Part shown: positions 37,587-52,646 of the stretch, piece by piece
Layout of the letters: the number at the start of each line of letters is the position of its first letter
Numbering within the stretch: the first letter of the stretch is position 1
DNA from: Octopus bimaculoides
Taxonomy: Eukaryota
Direction of reading: 5' to 3'
Assembly: GCF_001194135.2 (NCBI RefSeq)
Contig: NC_068994.1
Location: forward strand, 41,457,657 to 41,521,656
Length of the DNA: 64,000 nucleotides
Notes under the pieces: model-generated
Told to the model about the DNA's origin: nothing
Database searches by the model: none
The model's input: only the letters and a program-made list of their open reading frames with translations
Position numbers and translations under genes: made by a program

Positions 37587-37799
37587 TGTACGTATGTACG
37601 TATGTATGTATGTATGTATGTATGCACCACTGTGTATGTGAGGTTAAGAAGTTCATTTTACTCCTACATGGTTTCAGGTACGTTCCCACTACCTGTAGGG
37701 CACCTGCAGCACATATCTTCTATTGCAGTCCTAGCTAAACCTTTGAGTGAATTTAATAAACAGGAACTGAAATACAACTCCTCTGTGTGTCTGTGTATA

Positions 37800-37867
<68 letters not shown>

Positions 37868-38101
37868 CAGTATTATAATAGATTATTGCATTCAACATCA
37901 ATATTGAATATCTTTTCCCTACTCTCTTGTTTGTAAATCATATACACAGTATCTTTATGTAAATATCTGTATATACACACATTTATGTATGTGTGTATAT
38001 ATATACACATGTATGTATGTGTATATACACATATATATATATATATACGTATGTATGTATGTGTGTATATATCTATTTATATGTATATATAAATATATTT
38101 A

Positions 38102-38135
<34 letters not shown>

Positions 38136-38641
38136 TATATGCATACATGAATCTATGCATGGATGTATATTCCTTTGTGCTTGAATCTGGGCCTTGGGTT
38201 TGTATTATGCCTCTTTATATCCCATAACTTAGTTGTTTGGCAAATAAAGATTGATAAAATAGAAGACAGAATAAAATATATACTGAAATTCAATGTGATC
38301 AAATGAAAATGGCATCCTTCCATGACCACAATCCATGGAAACTATCTTTTCTACTTCTAAGATTAATGTGGAAAATTTGTAGGTAAGAGAAAAAAATTAG
38401 TTAAGGAAAAAGTTAATATTTTATTGAATGGCTAACATCCAACAATTTCCCTATGACATACCTTTCTTCACAATCAGTAAAGCATTGTAAGTTGTCTATA
38501 AAAAAAACTTTAAAAGGAAGCTTACAATTGTTTAATATCAAGAAAAGTAGAAATTAACAGGTGAAATAATTTATCAATATATGTACATATACACACCGAT
38601 ATATGCATATACGTGTGTGTGTAATTCTATAAGTATATGCA

Positions 38642-38674
<33 letters not shown>

Positions 38675-38721
38675 CGATAGATAGATATGTATTTATATCT
38701 ATCTACCTATCTATCTATATC

Positions 38722-38788
<67 letters not shown>

Positions 38789-39357
38789 GTGTGTGTGTAT
38801 GTGTACCTGTGTTCATATATATGCATATTCTCAATTCACTTTAGTCATAACCTACCAGAATATACAATATACATTTTAAACATCTTTCCTTTACTTATTT
38901 TTAGTTTTTGTTTATAAATTCACATAGAACTTAGTTTACTTAAAAATTTTCATTGAAATACTTCACTGAACATATCTTATTTGATTTTTGTATTGAAAAT
39001 TGGTAATTTATCAGATGACCGAATATGGTTCTCTTGAATAACAGTAAAAACAAATAAACAGAGATACAGATTGAAAAAACAGATAAAGTTTGCAAATAAA
39101 CAAATATCTTTTTACAAGAAAATAAATATATGAAAAATAAAAGAGAAAGCAAGAAGCAAAAAGCAAAAATAACAAATAAGCTTCTCCTTTCCAGTAAAGT
39201 TGAGTAAAAGCAGGTGTTCAGAATATTGTCTTCTTTCACTTAAATGATTTTACTAGAATTTGTTATGTACACATACACACAAACATATACCACACTTGCA
39301 TTCAGATGCCACACATATACATGTGTACATACATACAAACACGCATATATGAATGTA

Positions 39358-39420
<63 letters not shown>

Positions 39421-41023
39421 NNNNNNNNNNNNNNNNNNNNNNNNNNNNNNNNNNNNNNNNNNNNNNNNNNNNNNNNNNNNNNNNNNNNNNNNNNNNNNNN
39501 NNNNNNNNNNNNNNNNNNNNNNNNNNNNNNNNNNNNNNNNNNNNNNNNNNNNNNNNNNNNNNNNNNNNNNNNNNNNNNNNNNNNNNNNNNNNNNNNNNNN
39601 NNNNNNNNNNNNNNNNNNNNNNNCATGCGTGTGTACGAGCACACGCATGCATGCATATGTATATTTAAAAACATTTTGGCGCCATTTATGGTTTGGAATT
39701 TTATCTGAGAAGATGAAGGAACAAAAAAAAAAAGAAAGAAAGAACACCGATCTTTTCTAATCAGCAACATAGATATATTCCTCTAAAATATCATGCCATT
39801 TCTCTATGTGACTTATAAGAAAGAGAAGAAAACAAACAGATAGCAAACAGGGAGGGGAGGGGAGGGAGGGAGTGGCAAAAAAATGAAAAATATATAGAAA
39901 ATGAGAGTGAGCAAGAGGGAGTGGTGGGAGCAAGAGAGAACGGTGTGGTGTGGTGTGGGTGGAAATGAATTAATATAGTTTATTGTTTCCATGTTGGGTG
40001 ATGGAAGCAAGCGAAATGATAAGATAGCCAGCTGTCATGATAACATGGAAAATAATAATGACGTTGATGATGATGATGATGATTCAAAAAAGGAAAAAGA
40101 TTGGAAAATATAATATTACAATAACAACAGCAACAACAACATGCTGTCTATTTACTGTAAGGTGAGAACGGTTGATAGTTGAACTTAATGATGTTGTGTG
40201 TCGTAAGTGATGAGAAATGGATGTTTACGTTCAACTAATATTTAATAAATATATCAATAGATATTGCTACATGTGCATATACTCCCCAAATACGCATGCA
40301 TGCACAAAATACACACGCACACACACACACATGGTTGAAAGGCTAGATAGATAGATAGATATATAGATAGATAGATAGATAGATAGATAGACAGATAGAC
40401 AGACAAGCAGACAAGCAGGCATATATATATATACAATAAATATTGCAAAAGCTGAGACCTACAAGTTTATTTTTATATTTCAAGCACTTTGTACCCAACT
40501 CTGGATTATCCAATCTATCCATTTTTAAGGCAGTAACAAATGGTTTCAGAGAGACTTGTCCACATTTTCTAGTGATTGAGCAACTGTATAAAGGCTTTCT
40601 TAATACAAAACTGAAGATTTTGGTTTTAGCTTCAAAGTTTCCTTATTTCTTCCTGCTAAATTTACAATTGCTTAAGTTTACCATTCTGTCATTTGGGTTT
40701 GGGAATCAGTGAAATTGTTAATAGTTATAAGTTTTTAAATACCAGCAATAGAGCCTTTTACAAAATATATATTAGTCCCAGAATAATATAGGATGTAAAA
40801 AGAAGCAAAAATGGGTTGATGTTCCCCATATGGCCAAATCTGAAAATTTCTTCACGGGCATGTTCAGCAAGACATACACACTTTTAAACATGCACATACA
40901 TGCACACATATACACACATGCACACACGTACACAGACACACACACACACATAAACACACAATGAGATATACACGTCAGAGTTTGATAAACTGTAATCATG
41001 ACAGAAACAAGAGTTGACTGATG

Positions 41024-42555
41024 TCATTATATATAAATAATCTTTCAATTCCTATGTTCTCAATGAACGAATGCTTCATTACATGTAAGATTTTCTTTCT
41101 AATACTGTTTCTCAATGAACCATTACTTGTTAAAACTTGCTATAACATAAGTTTGATAAACGAAAAAAGGAAATATTCCCATGTATTTGGCAAATCAGGC
41201 AAGGCAATACATTGATTTACTTGCTCATGATCATTGCACTTGTTTTATTTGTATTTTTATTTATATATATTTTGATTCACAAAATTTTGCAATGATACGT
41301 ATTGGAGGCATGAAAAAAAAAAAAAAAACATTAGCAAGCTATAATATAGCATACAATATTGAAAGTATTACAATTCCTTCATTTCCAAGTAATGTTTCAC
41401 ACACTACTTAAGAAATAATTGCTTATTAATAGACTATCAGTCAAGAAATTTAAGTTTAATCAAAAACAAAACAAAGAAGAAACTGTTTATATATATTTTT
41501 TACATGGGCAACACTGGATAACTTTAGAAATACACACATGCATACACATTTAGATTTGTAAGGCAGTTTTGGTAAAAATAGGTTAATAAATGACAGGGCT
41601 GTCTCAAATCAAACAATCATTGTCATACCTATCTAGCTATCCAAGGTGTTCTCTCTCCTCTACTCCTCTTTCTTTCCTTATTTTTACCTGTATGTATGTA
41701 TGTATATTACACAACTACAAAATACAGTTATAGATTTTTACTAGTCCTAATGTAAAATACAGCTATAAGCACCCTATCTTTATATACACCGATTTCATGG
41801 ATAGAAAGCAAAGAATTAACAAGATTAATTTTAAATTTGTGTTATGAGTTCATCAATAAGCAAGTATCCTTTTTAACTGCACTTGGAAATACTGCTTATA
41901 AACTCACTATTACTAAAGGCTAGAGTATATCAGAGTGGCTAATTCGCATATATAATGTATTATTTGCACCTATTTTAGTAGATAAATTACTGATCCATTA
42001 AATAAATTTTGTTTCAGTACTAAGCTATACTATAGAGCATATTTATATATTTTAGCTAACATGATATATAACTAACAGATGTAAACATATTATCCTTAAA
42101 TAAGTGTGTGTTTTTGTGTGTATATTCATGAACGATAAAAATTGATCTCTCTGATCTACTTATTCCTTTTGTAATAGTGGGTTTGTAAACAGTGTCTCTA
42201 TGGATAGTGAAAGAGGTACTCAGTTGTTGATGAAAATTCAGCAAGGGTTTGAAATCGATTCAGCTCATTCTTCTTTTCATGTCTATGATGACATAGTATA
42301 TAAGGACAAGATCTGTTCATCTGTACATCAATTACGTTGTTGACTAAAATCTATAGATATTTTCTGTGGTACAGTATAATATTGATATCATTATATATAA
42401 ATAATCTTTCAATTCTTATGTTCCCAATGAACGCTTCATTAGATGTAAGATTTTCTTTCTAATACTGCTTCTCAATGAACCATTACCTTTTAAAACTTGC
42501 TATAACATAAGTTTGATTAACATAAAAAGGAAATATTTCCAAGTATTTGGCAAAT
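41024..42555 (+). repeat. Direct repeat of ~170 bp (41024-41195 and 42388-42555)
   Basis: tcattatatataaataatctttcaattc...aaaacttgctataacataagtttgat...gtatttggcaaat occurs twice with scattered substitutions. Confidence 0.9.
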
Positions 42556-42926
42556 TTTTCTTAGTACCTGATTTTTATGTTCAAGTTCAAATGCTTCTTA
42601 AATCAAATTTACTTTTTATCCTTCTGAAATAATCCTTTCTAAGTTCTTGGTCATGTGGTGGACCAAGGAGAAGATGCAAAACACTCTCAAGGTGACCTTA
42701 AAAAAGTATAAGTTAGAAGAGTCTATTTGAGAAGGTCAAGGTCACTCACTGTGGTAGAGTGATGTGTACTCTAGAGTACAGCACTCGGAATAACAAGTGA
42801 TTAAAGAAACTACAGAGAGAGGTTGCTGTATGAAAAGCAAGAGTCCAACTGAGTCCTGATCCTGCAATTATATGCTGCCATTGTAACTGAATTTTATGCC
42901 AATATCAGCTTTAAAATAGACCAAAA

Positions 42927-43125
42927 GGCAGTGGGCTGGTAGAATTCTTAGCATGCTGGGTAAAATGATTGGTAGCATTTCATTTGTCTTTATGTTCTGA
43001 GTTCAATTTTGCCTTTCATCCTTTTAGAATTGATAAAACAAGTATCAGTTGAACACTGGGGGTTGATGTAATCAACTTATTGCTCCTCCTAAATTGCTGG
43101 CCTTGTGCCAAAATTTGAAATCAAT
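42927..43125 (+). mobile_element. SINE family B
   Basis: ggcagtgggctggtagaattcttagc...ttctgagttcaa...ttgcctttcatcctttt...aaattgctggccttgtgccaaaatttgaaa. Confidence 0.85.
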
Positions 43126-43702
43126 ATTAGGCCTAATAACCCACTTCAGAACCCATGAAGAGTAGAGCTGCTAATCCTGTTATATTCAGGAAAAATGAAG
43201 GATGAATATTGTCACACACACACGTTTGTGTGTGTGTGTATTGGCATTATATACATCTATCTTTGCTTGTCTCAGTGGTGAGTATACTCAGAATTTTGCA
43301 AATATCACTATTGTATCATTTGTGATAGTTTCCAAATGCTGAGTAGCAAGAGAGAATATTTTTTTTGACACTGCAATAAATACTTGTACCCCACTTCTGC
43401 ATTGCATACATTTTCCTCTTGTCTTTAACACACCAAAATGTTGATACACATATAAACAACAGATATACATTTGCTTGCATGTGATTATGCATGTGTCTTG
43501 CAGATTTCTAAATTTTTGCTGGCTCCACTGTTACTGAGTATTGAATATTTTGGATATTCATCTTCAATATAGCTGAATGTTGATTGGTTACTGGAATGGA
43601 TGGTATATCTAAGGTCAATATCCAGAAACATTACCCATCTGATTCTAGTTTCTTTCTTTTCATCCGCCTGTCTGACACTCCCTCAATATGCATGCATGTA
43701 TG

Positions 43703-43734
<32 letters not shown>

Positions 43735-43917
43735 ATGGATTTTCCCATTGATTTCAATGTATGAGAGTCCAACAGCATTTTTATTTCTAATGTTTATATC
43801 TCTCCAGAGACTTTAATCCAGCTAATGATCCACAGACAAATCCAGAGATTGGACATAAGAGAGGATTGCTATACAAAATGTCTGGCATGTTAGACTGAAA
43901 CTCTATCTATCTATCTA

Positions 43918-43986
<69 letters not shown>

Positions 43987-44293
43987 ATATAGTACATATA
44001 GAACTTTGTCTTTGGTCTCAGTTCTTTAAGATGATCCAGGCAGCTTAATTCATAGTTTTTTGTTTGTTTGTTTTTTTTATTACAAGTAAGCCTCCGTTTA
44101 TTGCAATTCAATGCAGTTTTTTCAAATGTTTCAGCTGGATTCTTCATTACTATCAGTTTAGCTTTGAGCCTGTTCTCCTACCCTAGTCAATATTTTCCTA
44201 TTCTTCTTCTGCCAAGGAGCTGGATATACATAAGAACTTTTGGAACCTTATTGTTATTCATTCTGAAAACATTCTCAATTCTTAATTGAAATT

Positions 44294-44341
<48 letters not shown>

Positions 44342-44581
44342 CAATACCATCAATTCTGCATTTAAAGAGTTTAGTCATTACTTCAAAGTTTTGTCATTCT
44401 GGCTCTGTCCACAAATGGTCTTAAGACATCATTTATGAAAGGTATAGAGACTTTTTAATATGTAATAGACAGTTATATGTTTGTTGTGGAGAAGTTAAAG
44501 TATATTAGAAGGGACTGGAACAGATTTTTTACTGTCAAGGAGGTGCACAGCTATGCCGCATTATATAGATATATTCTTTTA

Positions 44582-44950
44582 TTCTTTTACTTGTTTCAGT
44601 CATTTGGCTGGGGACATGCTGGAGTACTGCCTTTAGTTGAACAAATCGACCCCAGGACTAATCCTTTGTAAGCCTAGTACTTATTCAATCGGTCTCTTTT
44701 GCTGAACTGCTAAGTTTACAGGGACGTAAACACACCAACATCGGTTGTCAAGTGATGGTGGTGGGACAAACACACACACACACATATATGACGGGCTTCT
44801 TTCTGTTTCCATCTACTAAATCCACTCACAAGGCTTTGGTCAGCCGGAGGCTATAGGTAGAAGACACTTGCCCAAGGTGCCATGCAGTGGGACTGAACCC
44901 AGAACCATGTGGTCGGTAAGAAAGCTACTTACCACACAGCCACTCCTGCA
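44582..44950 (-). mobile_element. SINE family A, near full length
   Basis: Colinear with 24771-25170 throughout (gtgggactgaacc, agaagacacttgcccaagg, gtaaacacaccaacatcggttgtcaag). Confidence 0.9.
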
Positions 44951-46989
44951 CCTATACATACTTTATATTTTTATATACACATATCATATGTATATTTTAT
45001 ACATACATATACACATTCCTGCATAAACCAACAATAATAACAAAAACTGGCACGATTACTTTTGTGAATAACATATCTAGCAGCCAGAGAATTTTTCCTA
45101 AGAACATGATATGACATGTGAAATGTCATGTCTTATAATATATAATATCATAATATTATAAATTCATTTATATCTGGGATGCTTTATAGCAATATTAAAC
45201 TGATCACAGTAAATCAAATGATATATTATTTTATTGATGGCTGCCCCAAAAGATGAAAGTCCAAGATCACCTCAGTGAGGTTTGAACTAACGATGCAATG
45301 TACCATAGCTAAATTCAGCTGAACTTTTTAATCTGATGCTCTACCAATCCACTAACTTTTTAATCTGATGCTCTACCAATCCACTAACTTAAAACTGATT
45401 ACAGTTTGTGTAGCTAACGATGATGTAACATGACACTGAGAAGGATTATTATGATGATGATGGTGGTGACAATCATGACAAAGATGACAATGACGATGAT
45501 GATGGTGTTGGCAGCAGTGGTGGCGGTGGCAGTGATGGTGATGATGATGATGATGATGATGGCAGTAGTAATGGTGTTGCTGGTGGTGTTGGTGGTGGTG
45601 GTGGTGGTGGTGGTGGTGGTGGTAGTTAATCTTTTTGTTGTTGTGCTGGTGGTGGTTGTGATGATGATGATGACGATAATGATGGTGACAACAATGATGA
45701 CAACAACAACGACGTCAACAACAATGATGATGATGATGAGATGATGATGAAGTGGAGGAGGATGATGGCGGGAGTGATGGGGATCGTGATCGTGGTTGTG
45801 GTTGCACTGGTGATGATAATGCTGGTGATGAATGAGATGATGATGATGCGAATGCAGATACCAATGAAGATAGTGGTGGTGATAATAATCTCTTTAGCAG
45901 CATTGACAGTTGCTTTATTTATTTATTTATTTACATAATTGTTTATTTAATTATTTATCTGTTTGATAGCTGATATCAAGTTTTCAACGAAGACAGTGAT
46001 AACTTATTGTGTTTCCCCCACAGTAGACAACTACCCAACACACACATCTGCAGATTCCTCTCCTTTGCAACCCACATACAACTCTGCTAAGTATTAGATC
46101 AACAACATGGAAAGAAGATAAAATCCTTCTTAGCTATCAGAATTACTGATAACATTAACGACAATATCTCTAATATCAACCACAACACAATAACCACCCA
46201 CGTCATACAAAACCAAAATAAAAAAATAAATAAAAATAACACGAACTATACAGAAATAGAAATGAAATCGCCCCCCCCCCCCCCCCCTGAAAAAAAAGAA
46301 AGATATTAAAAAAAATTATCACAAAATAATCAAGTTCATTTCAATGAAAATAGTAAAAATAATGAAAAATTCAGGAAGAAAAGACAAATAAAATAAAATT
46401 AGAAGCAATAGAATTTACTCAAGAAAATAAATTTAACTCGATTCCCACACAAAAATTGTACGTGGTATGTAATGTCATCGTTTGATATTATCAGTAGTGA
46501 TTTGATTTTGATATGAAATGCAAATCTTTCCGTAGTGACGCAAAATTCATTCAGAATATATGGCCTTTACTATTTCTAATTTCAGTTAAGTTAATAAATA
46601 AGGAGGAAGATTTACTAATGTTTAACCAAAAAGAAAAAAAACAAATTAAAATTAAATAAATGAATAAAAATGAACTAACATTGAATAAATTTACCAAATG
46701 TCATTTTACTATAACATGTCAACAAGCCATACATAGTAAGAAGGGAAACCATGACATGCAAGGTGACACTTTATAACGTGGTATACCAGCACCAAAAAAA
46801 AATACAGATATGAATGTTCTGTCTGTGTGGGAGACGCACGTGTGTACGTGTGCTTGTATAAGTGTTTGTATATGTGGGTGAATGTGTGCAATGAGTTATG
46901 AATTTGGAAAGAAGTACTAAGTTTTCCATTTCTCTTTAGTTAATGTCTGTGTGGGAATTGCACGTTGTGTGTGTATGCATGTATGGGTG

Positions 46990-47031
<42 letters not shown>

Positions 47032-47538
47032 GATTTATGCTTTTTGGAAAGAAGAAGAAGAAGTGTTAAGTTTTCAGTTCCACTTTATTAAATAAATCAT
47101 TTTAAAGTTTTAAGGTCCAATGTTTTAAAAAGGAGAGATATGCAGAAGAAATTGTTAATTTGTAATATTCATGCATTTCCCAAACCTTATTACTAGCAAA
47201 AACAAAGACACATGTTAAATGATTTAGACAGTAATTGATACTATGGTGCAGTGTCTTCCTTTGCTGCAGGGCTTCCATCTTGCTATAAACAGCTTGTCAT
47301 GATATAGTGATATACTGTAGTAAATAAGTGTATTTTCTGATATAAACATGTGTAAGTGCAGTACCTGCAGATATACATATACACATATATATATATATAT
47401 ATGTTTATATATATATATTGGTGGATTGATAGATATACTAATATTTAGCAGAATTGACAGAGTGACTCAAGAGCCAAAAGTTCCGTGCATTAGAACTTAT
47501 CACATGTCTTGCCATCACCAAACCTATATATAAATATA

Positions 47539-47642
<104 letters not shown>

Positions 47643-47889
47643 TTTGTGCCTGTGTTTGTCTCCCCACCACTTCTTGACAACCAGTGGTAATGTGTTTACA
47701 TCCCTGTAACTTAGCAGTTCAGTAAAAGGAACAGATAGAATAAGTACTAGTCATTAAAATAATTAGTCCTGGAGTGGATACATTCAACTAAAAATTCTTT
47801 AAGGCAGTGCCCCAGCATGGCCACAGTCTAATGACTGAAACAATTAAAAGATAAAAATAGAAGATATATGACTGTGTGTGTGTGAGAGA

Positions 47890-47933
<44 letters not shown>

Positions 47934-48099
47934 GTATGTAAATATACACAAACACACATGTATAGACATATCCAACTAATTAATAAGCAGTTTCTTTCAT
48001 TATAGTATAAATATATACTGTTATATGTGTGCATGTGTGTGTATACATATACATACATATAGACACATGTAGTGTGGGCTGCATCTAGGAACAAAAAGG

Positions 48100-48950
48100 T
48101 ACAGAGGAGATGTGAGGGGGGGATGAAAATAATGCATTTTTTTTCTTTTTCTTTTCATAATTTGTGCAATTCCTTGTAGTGTGAAGAAATGTAATGCCAA
48201 GTAGTGTGAAGAAATAGAGGACATTGAGAGGCTGTAAATGGAGAGGTCATTTGTTGTTGAACTGGTATGAAATGGCAGGCCATTAGTTTTCATGGAATAT
48301 AATGGAAATGTTGTAAACATATTCGAGGAAACAATTCAGTTTTGCCAATGTGTTAGTTACTACAGAGTGTGCTTATAATGTAGTATGTAATGTTGATGAA
48401 TATACAACTGAAGAAGATGATGATGATGATGATGATGACGATGATAACAACAATGACAACGATGAGGAGGAAGATGAGGAGTGTGGCAGTTGTGTTGGTG
48501 ATGGTAAACAATAGAAGTTAGTGCTGGTGATATGATGGAGGTGTCAGATGTAAAAACAGAGTGTAAGTTTTAACTTTGGGTGATATAAGTTGATGTAGAA
48601 GAGAAGCAGGCTGAGTTGGTGGGTGTAGTGGTACATAATGCTGCTAGTGTGTTTGTGAATTAGGTGACCAAGCGGTGGCCGTAGGCTGGGGCCTTATGAA
48701 TCAAGCAGGGATCTATGTCTCAATGAAATCAAAAATGGAGTTGGTTTCATTTGAGCCCAACATGTTATTCATAGAGGCTCTGCTATCCTGCTTCTGAACC
48801 TCATCAGAGAGGTACACTTGTGCCACTGCAACTGTCCTCTGATTGGCTAGTTCATCCTGACACTTAAATGCTCTTCTTTCTCTGGTAAGCTTCATAAGTA
48901 GGTCAACAACAATGCTTGGGTGCAGGGATGGATCCAATTTGTGCTAGACA
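48100..48950 (-). mobile_element. Decayed Penelope-like element (RT core plus GIY-YIG)
   Basis: Minus-strand peptides PSIVVDLL...NQRTVAVAQ (cf. QxxGVAMG), YINLYHPKLKLT (cf. FHPALKFT) and, downstream, INITYYIISTLCSN*HIGKT (cf. NVIYCIxCxxC..YIGET) with ACHF. RT-to-endonuclease order is correct. Interrupted by (GAT)n. Confidence 0.6.
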
Positions 48951-49229
48951 CATTGTAGGCCATATTGCTCTGAAGCAGAATGGTAGCAGTATTGATGAAT
49001 GCAAAAAGGTTTGTCTGTAATGCTAGCTCATTTTGTCCTGCTCTAGATTTCCCTTCTGACTTGTTTGGTACCTTGAACAGCTTCCTAGATAACTTCACCA
49101 CTGTTCCTTATAGGAAATCTAATGTAAACTATAGGTACACAGCAGGTACAATAGGATTATATGCATGCTGGCAAAGAAGGAACTGGTTTGCAGCAAATGC
49201 ACAAGAGTAGCTAGACATAAGGCCACACA

Positions 49230-49855
49230 TGACATGTTTTCTATAAATGACCAGAAGGCTTCATAGAAATAACTGACACCTGTTACCCAGGTGACCTAAT
49301 TAGCAGCAGAAGTAGATATTCTGGAAATATTGTAATTAAATTATGGAATAGTTGTAAACAATACTGGTGATGTTACCCCTGCTGACAGCAAAGGGATTCA
49401 CACTACAAGTGAAGTGCGAGTTGTATTATGGATGTGAGTGCTGTGCCATGTTGCATTGGCATTGAATATACAGAGAATATATAGAGGATGTATGAAAGCT
49501 AGAAAGAAATGAGGTAGGTATACTCCTTTGAATGTGTAATGTTAGAGTAAAGGAAAATGGAGTACAAATGAAATGAAAGAAAAACTAGGAATAAGAACAG
49601 TCATATATGGTGTGTCCAAAAGAAGACGTGGTATGGGCATGTAATGCAAATGGAAGATAGAGTCAGTTAAAAGTGTCAAGAGATACAATGAGATGAAACT
49701 TTGAGAAGACCAATGAAGACATAGGAAGATTTCAGGACGTCACTCCACATGAAGGAGGAAACAGAAGACTGCAAAAAAGTGGCAAGGTACTGCACAAGAG
49801 AAAAACAGATCTAACCCATCTATGCAGAGAAAAAACAGATATGAATGATGATGTT
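49230..49855 (+). mobile_element. Decayed RTE-clade LINE, 3' portion
   Basis: Broken-frame peptides EITDTCYPGDLISS (cf. EVVDSFCYLGD), LYYGCEC (cf. LYGSETW), WYGHVMQME (cf. WYGHVMRM) and RPMKT* (cf. GRPRKTW), ending in a (gat)n tail. Confidence 0.75.
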
Positions 49856-50110
49856 AATATATGTGTATATGTTTATTTATGTGTACGTATGTGTATGTAT
49901 ATGAGTGTGTGAGTATAAAGTATAAGAACATTGAATAACATAACATATAATACTTCAGTGTTTTTAGTGGATCATCTTTAAATCTTGACTTTAGAATATT
50001 AAGTATTTACATAATGCACATAATACAAACTATATATAATCACAGTGTTACCATCTTACTGTGTATATACACACATATATACATACATACATATATATAT
50101 ATATATGTGC

Positions 50111-50141
<31 letters not shown>

Positions 50142-50159
50142 TATATTTAGCTTATTCTT

Positions 50160-50488
50160 TATTCTTTTGCTTGTTACAATTGTTAGATTGTGGCCCTGCT
50201 GGGGCACTGTCTAGAGGAATTTTAGTTGAATGGAGAGACCCCAGTACTTAGTTTATTTTAAGCCATATATTTATTCTATTGGTGTCTTTTAACAAACTGG
50301 TAAGTAACAGGGATGTAAACACACCAGCATTGGTTGTCAAACAGTGGTGGAGAACAAACACACACATATTGATATATTTATATTTATACATATACATGCA
50401 TGCTTGCATACATGTATATGAGTGTGTTTGTGTGTATGTGTGTGTGTGCTGGTGTGTATAAATATGTGTATGAATGTATATATGCATA

Positions 50489-50523
<35 letters not shown>

Positions 50524-50700
50524 TATGCATGTGTGAGAGTGCATATCTGGTAAGCAAGAAACACACGCACACATACGCAAACACACACACACAGCAAGCT
50601 TCTTTCAGTGTCTGCCAAATCCATTCACAGGGCTTTGGTTGGCCCAAATCTATAGCAGAAGAGAGTTGCTAAATGTGCCATGCAGTGGGACTGAACCCAA
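50160..50700 (-). mobile_element. SINE family A with expanded internal microsatellite
   Basis: gtaaacacaccagcattggttgtcaa, tctttcagtgtctgccaaatccattcac and catgcagtgggactgaacccaa match family A. Confidence 0.8.
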
Positions 50701-51587
50701 GTGGTTATCCATATAAGAATCAATTAGGTTTGATGTTGGCTTTGGTGATCAGCCGAGAACTGATGTATACAGCATGATATGGCCATAAGCATATATAACA
50801 ATAGATGTGCACATACAGACCTGAATGTACATCAGAGGAAACCCATTCCTACCTCTGCTTCAAGACATTCACTAAAGACTATTACAATCTATTCATATTA
50901 GCATGAAATTATGAGTATAATTATGCATATAATTTACAGACATGTTACTTGCACACATACATTAAATTTATACACACCTCAATTTATTGTTTACACATAC
51001 ATATGTAAATTATAAACACAAACACACACACACACACACACACACACAAATTATAAGATATATCTAGATTTATGTGTATATGTTTATAGGATGTCTATAT
51101 TCATTGTGGCAGTCATCATAAAAGTAAAGAAGTACGAAATAATTATAGCAATACGATGTTTGTACATTTTGTATTACATAACATGTAATTATTTGTAAGT
51201 GAAGACATGAAGACTATCCATTGAAGACACTAAAACGGTGTGTGTGAGTGTGTGTGTTTGTGTGTGTGCGTATTTGTGTGCATATGTATGCGTTATGTTA
51301 TAGAAAGTACATGTTTATACTTAATACACTCAAACATACACATACACATGCACATATGTGCACTTTGTCCCTTTTGGGGGTTTATGCCCCACTCCCTTCA
51401 CTGACATGGGGATGTACACCCTTAGTTAGTTTTGCTCTGCACATCCTGTATTGAGAAAACCCTAGACATAGTCAAGATCTAATATCTGATAAGGAAATAT
51501 CTTGAATGCATTTGGAGACTCTACACTACAAACAGGATGTGCATTTGAGTGTATGTATGCGTGTGTGTATATATATGTATGCGTGTG

Positions 51588-51645
<58 letters not shown>

Positions 51646-51768
51646 NNNNNNNNNNNNNNNNNNNNNNNNNNNNNNNNNNNNNNNNNNNNNNNNNNNNNNN
51701 NNNNNNNNNNNNNNNNNNNNNNNNNNNNNNNNNNNNNNNNNNNNNNNNNNNNNNNNNNNNNNNNNNNN

Positions 51769-51805
<37 letters not shown>

Positions 51806-51820
51806 TACATACATATATGC

Positions 51821-51851
<31 letters not shown>

Positions 51852-51880
51852 TAGATTTATATGTGTGTGTGTGTGTGTGT

Positions 51881-52050
51881 GGAGGCATGTGGTTTAGTGG
51901 TTAGGGTGTTGGGCTCATGATTGAAAGACTGTGCTTTTAATGCTTGGACTTGGCAATGCATTGTGCACTTCATTTCGCATTGCTCTGGTTCACTCAGCTG
52001 GCAAAGAATGTGTAATCCTGCAACAGATCAGCATCCCATTCAAGGGGTCA
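51881..52050 (+). mobile_element. SINE family C, 5' part
   Basis: ggaggcatgtggtttagtggttagggtgttgggctcatgattg...ttcactcagctggcaaa. Confidence 0.65.
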
Positions 52051-52615
52051 ATATATACACCCCAGAAACTTGGAAACCAGTTCTATATGACTCAGGAAAG
52101 ATGTTTTATCCTTTTTTTTTTATGTGTGTGTGTGTGGCCGGAGGGATGGTTATATATATGCATACATATATATATCCCATGTGTGTAGCTATGAGTATGG
52201 GGCTGTATATGTCTTTACATGAGCGCCTTAGTATAGATATTCAAGAGGGAGTTTGTATTTATATGAGTATGCAACTATAATGGCAGCAAAACTAAAATTC
52301 ACAACTAATTGAATAAATCTGCAATAAAAGCTTGGTTGCCACTTGCGCCTTTAATACTTGTGGGACATATGGTATTGGAAAGTCATGAATGTTACAAACT
52401 CCACTTTGGTTATTCCTTAAATCAATAAAATTTATCGCTTATGGGTTACTGGGTCTCAATAAGAAATGTCACATCTATTTATTGTATCATACAATTGATT
52501 GAATATAAATATTTGTTCTTTCACAAAGATATTCCCATTTACTGAAGCTCTCTCTCTCACACACACACACACACATATACACACACATACCACGGCACAC
52601 ATAAATGTACATTTG

Positions 52616-52646
<31 letters not shown>

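Noticed and set aside
44295-44340. Long poly(A) run as a processed pseudogene tail
   Set aside because: No ORF, target-site duplication or recognisable transcript upstream.
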